Shown one piece after another: positions 57,362 through 64,000 of a DNA stretch of 64,000 bases. The DNA lies in NCBI GenBank assembly GCA_965208835.1, contig OZ242358.1:224001-288000 (forward strand). The letters run 5' to 3'. Numbering within the stretch: position 1 is the stretch's first letter; every line of letters starts with the position of its first letter. Both the position numbers and the translations under genes were made by a program. A model generated the notes under the pieces. That model was not told the origin of the DNA, made no database searches, and was given only the letters and a program-made list of their open reading frames with translations. This stretch comes from Candidatus Latescibacterota bacterium. GTDB lineage: Bacteria; Latescibacterota; UBA2968; GCA-2709665.

Positions 57362-59233
57362 ATGCCTCTCACGTCCAAACAGATCGCGCACGCGCTCTCG
57401 CGAAAGCTCCTGCGCAAGCGGCATACCCGCATCATGATGGACTATTATGCGGAAAAGCTGCCGCGTCTGGAAACGCCTGCGTCCGCCGCGGAGTGGAAGA
57501 GCCGAACCGCCAGGATTCGCAGGGACCTCCTGAAGAAAGTCTTCCTGACCGGACTCGATCCGGACGTCAACGATCGCCCGCCGGATGTCCGGTGGCGCGG
57601 CGTTCTCAAGGGTAACGGCTACCGCATCCGGAAACTCCATTACGAAGGGTATCCGGGCATGCGGATCCCCGCGCTGCTGTACGAGCCCGAGAACCTGCGA
57701 GGAAGGGTACCGGCCGTGCTCAACCCCAACGGCCACCATCGGGGCGGCAAGGCCATGGACTACAAGCAGGTACGGTGTATCAACCTGGCCAAACGCGGCA
57801 TGCTTGCCCTGAACTTCGAATTCATCGGCATGGGCGAACTTCAGGGCTCTCTCAATCATATGCAGCAGGCCCACATCGACCTGTGCGGCGTCGCGGGTGT
57901 CAGCGCCATGTACCTGGCGATGAAACGCGGTCTGGACGTCCTGCTCGCTCACGAACACGCAGACCCCGACAGGGTGGCCATGACCGGTCTCTCGGGCGGC
58001 GGATGGCAGACGGCCGTACTCACGGCAATCGATGAACGCATCGGCGTGTCCGTGCCGGTTTCGGGACACTCTCCGATCTGGCACCGGGCAACCAGGCGAT
58101 GGCAGGACCACGGCGACTTGGAACAGACGCCCGTCGATCTCTGCACCGTGGCGGATTACGACACCCTCACCGCCATGTTTGCGCCCCGTCCGGCGCTGCT
58201 CGTACACAGCGTCAATGACAGTATATTTCGCCCGGAATTCATGCGGCCGGCCCTGTATACGCCCGCCCGAAAGGTCTATGAGAGACTCGGCACGTCCGAT
58301 CACATCGGTTTTTACGCCAATAAAGACCCGGGCACCCACAACTACGAGAAAGACATCCGCGAGCGGCTATATGAATTCCTGAATAAATCCTGGGACCTGG
58401 ACATCCGCACCGAGGATATTCCGTGCGACGACGAAATACGCACCGAGTGGGAACTCAACGTGGGGCTCCCGCCGGGCAACCCCACGTTCCTCTCGATCGC
58501 CGGAAATCTCGCCCGGCGCCTGCCGGAGAAACGATCGTCCGCCGATTCAAGGCAGCAGGACCGAAGGCGCCTTTCGAGGGTGTTGCGCCTGCCGTCCGCT
58601 TACGCGGTGGAGTCGCGAACCGCCCTCAAGTCACGGACGCTGGCGGGCGTAAGCATCTCGCACCATCTTCTGAAAATGGACCGCTGGAACGTTCCCGTCA
58701 CGGAATTCGATCCGCGGGAATCGAGCGACGTCCTGCTAGTCCTCCCGGAAAACGGCCGGGCCGGCGCGGCGAGGGCTGTAAAGAACGCGCTCGAGGCGGG
58801 CAAACGCGTTTTCGCAGCCGACCTGCTTGCGTTTGGCGAACAGGTTATCGCGGACGGCGAGTATCACTACCTGTTTATGGAATGCATCGCCGCCGCCGGC
58901 GACCGTCCCCTGGGTATCTGTACGGCGCAGTTGCTGGCCCTCCGGCGCTGGATCGAGTCGAGATCCGGCATGCGTTCCATGGACATAAACACCCGGGGCC
59001 TTTCCACCGGCATGATTGCCCTGTGCGCGGCAGCCCTGCGGCCCCGCGGCGTCGACGCATTGCGCGCCAACCTTCCCGACACGCTCCGCCGGCTTATCGA
59101 CTGGAGCGTGGACTACACGCAGGAGCCGGTTTCGTTCTGTTTCGGCCTGCTCGAGCAGTTTGACATCCAGGACCTGGTCCTGCTATCCCACCCGGTTGAC
59201 ATTCTCATTGACGGCCGAGGGCCGATGCGTTGA
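57362..59233 (+). CDS. Alpha/beta-hydrolase (acetylxylan esterase / dienelactone hydrolase-like)
   Basis: PAVLNPNGH, G.GE, TGLSGGG nucleophile elbow, APRP and GTHNY. Confidence 0.85.
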   Translation: MPLTSKQIAHALSRKLLRKRHTRIMMDYYAEKLPRLETPASAAEWKSRTARIRRDLLKKVFLTGLDPDVNDRPPDVRWRGVLKGNGYRIRKLHYEGYPGMRIPALLYEPENLRGRVPAVLNPNGHHRGGKAMDYKQVRCINLAKRGMLALNFEFIGMGELQGSLNHMQQAHIDLCGVAGVSAMYLAMKRGLDVLLAHEHADPDRVAMTGLSGGGWQTAVLTAIDERIGVSVPVSGHSPIWHRATRRWQDHGDLEQTPVDLCTVADYDTLTAMFAPRPALLVHSVNDSIFRPEFMRPALYTPARKVYERLGTSDHIGFYANKDPGTHNYEKDIRERLYEFLNKSWDLDIRTEDIPCDDEIRTEWELNVGLPPGNPTFLSIAGNLARRLPEKRSSADSRQQDRRRLSRVLRLPSAYAVESRTALKSRTLAGVSISHHLLKMDRWNVPVTEFDPRESSDVLLVLPENGRAGAARAVKNALEAGKRVFAADLLAFGEQVIADGEYHYLFMECIAAAGDRPLGICTAQLLALRRWIESRSGMRSMDINTRGLSTGMIALCAAALRPRGVDALRANLPDTLRRLIDWSVDYTQEPVSFCFGLLEQFDIQDLVLLSHPVDILIDGRGPMR

Positions 59234-59290
59234 CCCCGCGTATCCCAGCCGGACATCCTGTCTCATCGTCGTTCCCGAAAGGCGCATGAA

Positions 59291-60058
59291 ATGTCCGACG
59301 CTTCAACCATGCATCTGAACGCGCGTTACTACCGCGCCCTGCCGATCGACAACCCCGGTTACGAATCGGTCACGTTCGAGCTTCCCGTCCGGCGAACGGC
59401 CCTCATCGGCATGCACTGCTGGAATATCGGCTGCCCCGACGGTCCTCCCCTGAACATGGACTACTGCGTGGACCTGGGCTGGCCCGAGGCGACGGCGGAA
59501 GGGTACCGGATCATGTGCGAGGTGATGCGCCCGGCCATGGACGCGGCGCGGGCGATCGGCCTTCCCGTGGTACACGTGGAAGCGGACTGGATGGACGAAC
59601 AATACCCGGACATCCCGTCCAGACGGGACAGGTCGAACGTCTGGAAACCCACCGGCCGCCAGAAGGAAATGCTGGACCGCGCGCATGGCCCCGACTATAT
59701 GAAGCACTCGCCGCTCGCGAAGATGCGCCGGGCTGCAATCGTGTCTCCCGTCGGCGACGAACCCATGGTCTTTTATACCGACACATTGGACGCATATCTG
59801 AAAGCCAATGACATCGATACCCTGGTCTACACGGGATTCGCGGCCGATATGTGCGTTCTGGGTTCCGAAGGAGGCGGACAGGCGATGCTCTCCCGCGGGT
59901 ACCGATGCATATTGATGCGCGACGGGACGGTGGGCGTGGAACGTCCCGATACCTTTGACGAGCGTCTTGCCACGCGTTACGGCATCCACATTTTCGAGTG
60001 GAAGATCGGATACAGCACCACGTTCAACGCGTTCATGGATGCCGTGAACTCAGGTTAG
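59291..60058 (+). CDS. Isochorismatase-like cysteine hydrolase
   Basis: TALI, IDTLVYTGFAADMCV and ILMRD. Confidence 0.82.
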   Translation: MSDASTMHLNARYYRALPIDNPGYESVTFELPVRRTALIGMHCWNIGCPDGPPLNMDYCVDLGWPEATAEGYRIMCEVMRPAMDAARAIGLPVVHVEADWMDEQYPDIPSRRDRSNVWKPTGRQKEMLDRAHGPDYMKHSPLAKMRRAAIVSPVGDEPMVFYTDTLDAYLKANDIDTLVYTGFAADMCVLGSEGGGQAMLSRGYRCILMRDGTVGVERPDTFDERLATRYGIHIFEWKIGYSTTFNAFMDAVNSG

Positions 60059-60071
60059 AAAGGGAGATTCA

Positions 60072-61064
60072 ATGGCTGTCAGGATTTGTGACTGGAAACA
60101 CGGAAAGAAATGGGTCTACTCGATTACATACGACGAAGCCCTGATCGAACTGCACGAGCGCGCGGTGCCGATCCATGAAGCATTCGGAATACCGGGGCAC
60201 ATGGAGGCGGTAGCGGGCCACATTGGCGAAATCCGGCAACTCGGCGCTTCCAGCTACAACGGTTTCAGGCATATGACCGGTGAGGAAATGAAGGAGATGG
60301 TCGACCGCGGCTGGGGCGTGGGCAACCATTCGTGGAGCCACGAAGTGATACAGCCGGATATGCTGGACCGGGAGTTGCGGGAGGCGAAGGAGGTGCTGGA
60401 GGAGGCCATCGACGGACCGGTCGACCTCTACTGCTCGCCCGGAAACAATACGAATATGGCGGACCACGTACTGGAAGCGTGCCGCGAGTACGGCTACCTG
60501 GGCGCGATGAGTCTGACGGATGCGCTCAACCGGCCCGGCGACGAACTCTTCTGGCTGAACCGAACGGCCCTGCATGACCAGTTTTACGAACCTTTTTACA
60601 GCGAGTTCGATCCGTACCGGAACATACGCCACGCGCAGGCGGACGGCGGATGGATCATCGACTATTGCCATTGCCCGCTGGATGAGGCGGTCCATCGGAA
60701 CAAGGACTGCACGGCGGACCAGCTTCGGCGCCGTTTCGATGCCGTTGTCGAGGAAGGCGGAGACGACGTGTGGTGCGCCGGCCCCGAGGAAGCCGTCTTC
60801 TACCATCTCACCCGCCGGCATACCACGGTCACAACCCTCGTCGATACGGACGATGAAAAGCGCTATTGTCTGAACCTGTACGGGTTGTCAGACCGGGTGA
60901 CGTGCCGGGCGCTCACCCTCGACGCGGACGTACCCGCGGCGTGGTGCCGGTATCCCCGGGTCCGCGTCAACAATCAGCCGATGTCCGCCTCCCTCGTCCG
61001 CCCGGGCGTTCTGCGCGTGACCGTGGACGTTGAAGACGGGATGGAACTGGCGTATTCGGCGTAG
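60072..61064 (+). CDS. Polysaccharide deacetylase (NodB-like) family protein
   Basis: SITYDE and GW.VGNHSWSH. Confidence 0.82.
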   Translation: MAVRICDWKHGKKWVYSITYDEALIELHERAVPIHEAFGIPGHMEAVAGHIGEIRQLGASSYNGFRHMTGEEMKEMVDRGWGVGNHSWSHEVIQPDMLDRELREAKEVLEEAIDGPVDLYCSPGNNTNMADHVLEACREYGYLGAMSLTDALNRPGDELFWLNRTALHDQFYEPFYSEFDPYRNIRHAQADGGWIIDYCHCPLDEAVHRNKDCTADQLRRRFDAVVEEGGDDVWCAGPEEAVFYHLTRRHTTVTTLVDTDDEKRYCLNLYGLSDRVTCRALTLDADVPAAWCRYPRVRVNNQPMSASLVRPGVLRVTVDVEDGMELAYSA

Positions 61065-61093
61065 AGTCGAGATCCGGAACCAGCCCTGGTACG

Positions 61094-61672
61094 GTGAAAA
61101 GTGAGATCCTGAGAATGGGCAACTTCGCCGGTCACAACCTTCACCTGGAAACGCCGCGCCTGAGTCTGCGGCCATTCGATGAGCCGGACTTCGATCTGGC
61201 CGTTCCCTTTTATCGGGACCCCGATTTCCTGAATGCGATGGAAGCGGACCCGCCCGACGAACCCGTCACGAGCGCGTATCTCAAAGGGGCGGGCAAAGCG
61301 ATGGCGGAACAGGGATTCCTGTTTGCCATTGTCGAGAAGGCGAGCGGCCGCGCCATCGGCGAAGCGTGTCTTCAGTGGATGAATCTGGATCGTGGAAGAA
61401 TCGCTGGCGAGAAGGTGATGCGCCTGCCCATCGGGATCTGGGACAAGGACTTGTGGAGTCGGGGGTACGGGAAAGAGGTCGTACGCTGTCTGATGGCGTA
61501 CGCGTTTGGAGAACTGGGAATCGACCGCTTCTGCCCGATGGACGTGGCAGCGGACAACGCACGTTCTGCTGCATTGTGGCGGTCCCTCGGCCTGACCGTC
61601 GCCAGGAAAGTGGATGGCGGGAGGGTGCTGGATTTCGAGATTACCCGCGCGGACTATGAGAGGATGAAATAG
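61094..61672 (+). CDS. GNAT N-acetyltransferase, RimJ/RimL-like
   Basis: LETPRLSLRPF, WSRGYGKE and N.RS..L...LG. Confidence 0.88.
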   Translation: MKSEILRMGNFAGHNLHLETPRLSLRPFDEPDFDLAVPFYRDPDFLNAMEADPPDEPVTSAYLKGAGKAMAEQGFLFAIVEKASGRAIGEACLQWMNLDRGRIAGEKVMRLPIGIWDKDLWSRGYGKEVVRCLMAYAFGELGIDRFCPMDVAADNARSAALWRSLGLTVARKVDGGRVLDFEITRADYERMK

Positions 61673-61718
61673 GGAGACATCGGAAGCCGTTGCAGAACCT
61701 TGTGGTCGCACGCCTTTC

Positions 61719-61750
61719 CTTTGTGCCTTCGTGCCTTTGTGTCTTTGTGT
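61719..61750 (+). repeat. Four tandem octamers ctt(t/c)gtg(c/t)
   Basis: ctttgtgc cttcgtgc ctttgtgt ctttgtgt, located between convergent genes. Confidence 0.75.
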
Positions 61751-61758
61751 GAGGAAAC

Positions 61759-64000
61759 TTACGTGCTTGCTCCCACCCCTGCGATCGTGGGTACAACGTA
61801 TTCGTCCCCTGGATTGACCAGGTACGTGTACCCGCTGGCGAGATCGGTGCCTTCTCTGAGTCCCCTGACGATCGTAATGTCGCCGGTTGAGACCCCGTTT
61901 TTCGTTACCGCCGCGATTCTGTAGCTCGTGTCCATCGGCAGATCGTTCATGAAGTGGATCGTGCGCCCGGCGAGGTCTGGGTCCCGCGGCAGAGGCGGAT
62001 CCAGGTCAACCACATTGTTCGCGGGGTCGGACGCGTCGATCCGCGTCACCTTCCCGCGCCAGGCTGCGCGTTCCGACTTCAGTTCAGCGGCCCCTGATGA
62101 GAGCCATGTGCCCCCGACCATTCTCATCAATCGTACCTCATCGCCCACCTGCCGGATCATTCCGAACATCCCGTTGAATCTGATCCCCCCTTCGACCCCG
62201 ACTTCCATCGTCTCCTCGCAACTGATCAGGATGTCCCGGCGACCGTCGGCCAGTTCCACTGCCACGGCGACGGCCGCGCAGGCATCTCCGTCGTGTCTCA
62301 CCCCCAGTTCGCTTACCCGAACGATGAACGGGTTGGTATCCCAGGGTTCCAGGACATTGACAAACCGGCTCTGCAACTCCTCGCCCAGCCTGCTCTGGAT
62401 GAGGTATCGGGGCCGCTGCAGCCTGCGGGGCGAATCTCCCGTGGCCAGCGCGACCTCGTCACAGGGCGTGAGCGCGTGCAGGAGGAGATGGGGTTCCCGG
62501 TCTTCAGGAATCCGCCCGCGGATGTCTTCGATCTTCCAGTCGACGGTGTACGGCGTCTGCACCCGCCCGCGAGAGCGGGCCACGTCGTAAAGGTACGTGA
62601 AGCCGCTCTGCTTGTGGAAGTCCGCATCTTTGCCGTCCAGCCTGGCGAACGGGACATCCGGGCCCGCGAAGGTGCCGCCTTTCTGCTCGCACAGTTCGAG
62701 GCCGGCGGCCAGTGCCGTTTCCGCCGCACCGTGCCAGGACAGACGGTGATTCGTACCGCCCCGGGCGCGGAACACGTCCAGCGCGTAGCTGTTGTCCTCA
62801 TCCACGTCGACCAGGACAACGGTGCGCCGGTAGGTCTTCAAGCCCTCATAGGCGTCTGGCGCATCCACCTGTATCGCACGCAACGGGGGCTCGTCGGCGA
62901 AGCACTCGATCTGCCCGCCCGGACTGTATGCCGAACGGGTATCGCCCACCAGCAGCGTATTGTGACTGATCGTGTTGGCCGTCCACGCGTGCCGCTTCGG
63001 CCAAGTGCCCGTATATTCGGGGTAGCCGAGATCCGGAATCATCGCCACGTTTTTCGCCAGCAGTCCCAGGTTGAGGCAATCGTGGTGAGAGTGTCCCTTT
63101 CCCTGCCCGTAGTGGATGAAAACGGCGCGACCGTTTTGCGGACTCCCGGTCTGTAACTGCGCCTGTCCGTACCTGCCGAGGTGCTCGCTCGTCAGGTTCT
63201 CCGAGCCCTGTTGACCGACTTTCCGAATCTCCCGGATCAGCGCATCCGGGTCCTCCCGGTATATATCGTCATCCAGACGCAGTGTGGACCCGTGAACGGC
63301 ATGCTCGTACCACGCCAGCGCCGCGAGACGCGTGTCTCCGAACAGCCGGAACGCCCGGACATAGGTCGCGGCGTCACCCTGCCTGCCCCACAAACCCACG
63401 GCGCCGCTGTCACCGGTATTGGGCATCATTCCGTCCAGCACGTTCAGCCGGGACTCCACGAGAAAGGCCTGTTTGAGCTTCGGGTAATCCGCGACGAGAT
63501 TGTGTTTCGTGTACTCCGGATACGTGGACAGAATCTGCGCCAGTTCCCGCATGTGGCGGGTCCAGATGAGCCCGTAGCTGCCGCATTCGCCGCCCATGCC
63601 GTCCCTGTCGAGCCCTTCGGTCAACACCCAGGTCACAGGGTCGTTCCGGGCCGAGTGGTCCCCGGGAAACCCCGGGTTAAACAGCCAGTCCAGCCATTGC
63701 GGCGTCAAATCCGGGTGGTCCAACGCGATCGCAGCGGTTGCCAGGGAGGAGTGATTCATGCCCGTATTGCCGTTGATCCGCCCATCCTTCACCGATGCGA
63801 GCGCCTCCAGCAGAAGATGTTCGTGAATATGTCCGCAGATCGCGTCAATGCTGCTCTTGTCCCCCAGGGCGAATCGTCCGGCTTTGTCCGAGCAGAACGC
63901 CACCAGGTCATCGTCGTCCTGAATACCGTCGAAGACGAGGTCATAGCTGCGGGCAAGGACCTGCGCGACGAAGGTCTCCCAGATGCAACCCTCAATGCGG
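61759..64000 (-). CDS. Heparinase II/III-like protein (5' end lies outside the window)
   Basis: GHSHHD.LNL, PDLGYPE, SHNTLLV and Y.RT motifs. The frame stays open to base 64000. Confidence 0.82.
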   Translation of the reverse strand, partial: RIEGCIWETFVAQVLARSYDLVFDGIQDDDDLVAFCSDKAGRFALGDKSSIDAICGHIHEHLLLEALASVKDGRINGNTGMNHSSLATAAIALDHPDLTPQWLDWLFNPGFPGDHSARNDPVTWVLTEGLDRDGMGGECGSYGLIWTRHMRELAQILSTYPEYTKHNLVADYPKLKQAFLVESRLNVLDGMMPNTGDSGAVGLWGRQGDAATYVRAFRLFGDTRLAALAWYEHAVHGSTLRLDDDIYREDPDALIREIRKVGQQGSENLTSEHLGRYGQAQLQTGSPQNGRAVFIHYGQGKGHSHHDCLNLGLLAKNVAMIPDLGYPEYTGTWPKRHAWTANTISHNTLLVGDTRSAYSPGGQIECFADEPPLRAIQVDAPDAYEGLKTYRRTVVLVDVDEDNSYALDVFRARGGTNHRLSWHGAAETALAAGLELCEQKGGTFAGPDVPFARLDGKDADFHKQSGFTYLYDVARSRGRVQTPYTVDWKIEDIRGRIPEDREPHLLLHALTPCDEVALATGDSPRRLQRPRYLIQSRLGEELQSRFVNVLEPWDTNPFIVRVSELGVRHDGDACAAVAVAVELADGRRDILISCEETMEVGVEGGIRFNGMFGMIRQVGDEVRLMRMVGGTWLSSGAAELKSERAAWRGKVTRIDASDPANNVVDLDPPLPRDPDLAGRTIHFMNDLPMDTSYRIAAVTKNGVSTGDITIVRGLREGTDLASGYTYLVNPGDEYVVPTIAGVGAST

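Noticed and set aside
1-64000. tRNA, rRNA, prophage or autonomous transposase genes
   Set aside because: None recognised by eye in the intergenic regions or the ORF track.

Overview
GC-rich bacterial window with no rRNA, tRNA, CRISPR array or transposase recognised. The gene content (many GWxTD proteins, heparinase II/III-like proteins, Gfo/Idh/MocA oxidoreductases) suggests a Latescibacterota/Gemmatimonadota/Poribacteria-like heterotroph, but that is inference only. The left ~29 kb is an all-plus-strand locus of predicted envelope proteins. It has five large TPR+GWxTD+Ig-like paralogs and seven Kelch/galactose-oxidase-type beta-propeller lipoproteins. Five of the lipoproteins form a tandem array with conserved scaffolds, hypervariable loops, mosaic identity and repeated REP-containing leaders. 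The locus also holds a phosphodiesterase, an FN3 protein, an XRE regulator and a terminal TlpA redoxin, and it is the best candidate for an undescribed system. The right part has housekeeping and catabolic genes (recJ, cutC, folE2, aldolases, oxidoreductases, hydrolases, two heparinase-like proteins). It also has a PspA/DUF4178/DUF350/spermidine-synthase module split into two convergent halves, a DUF433+VapBC island and a triple-DUF5069 protein. Intergenic spaces are crowded with several families of MITE-like, REP-like and short tandem repeats. All family calls come from motif recognition by eye; no database searches were run.
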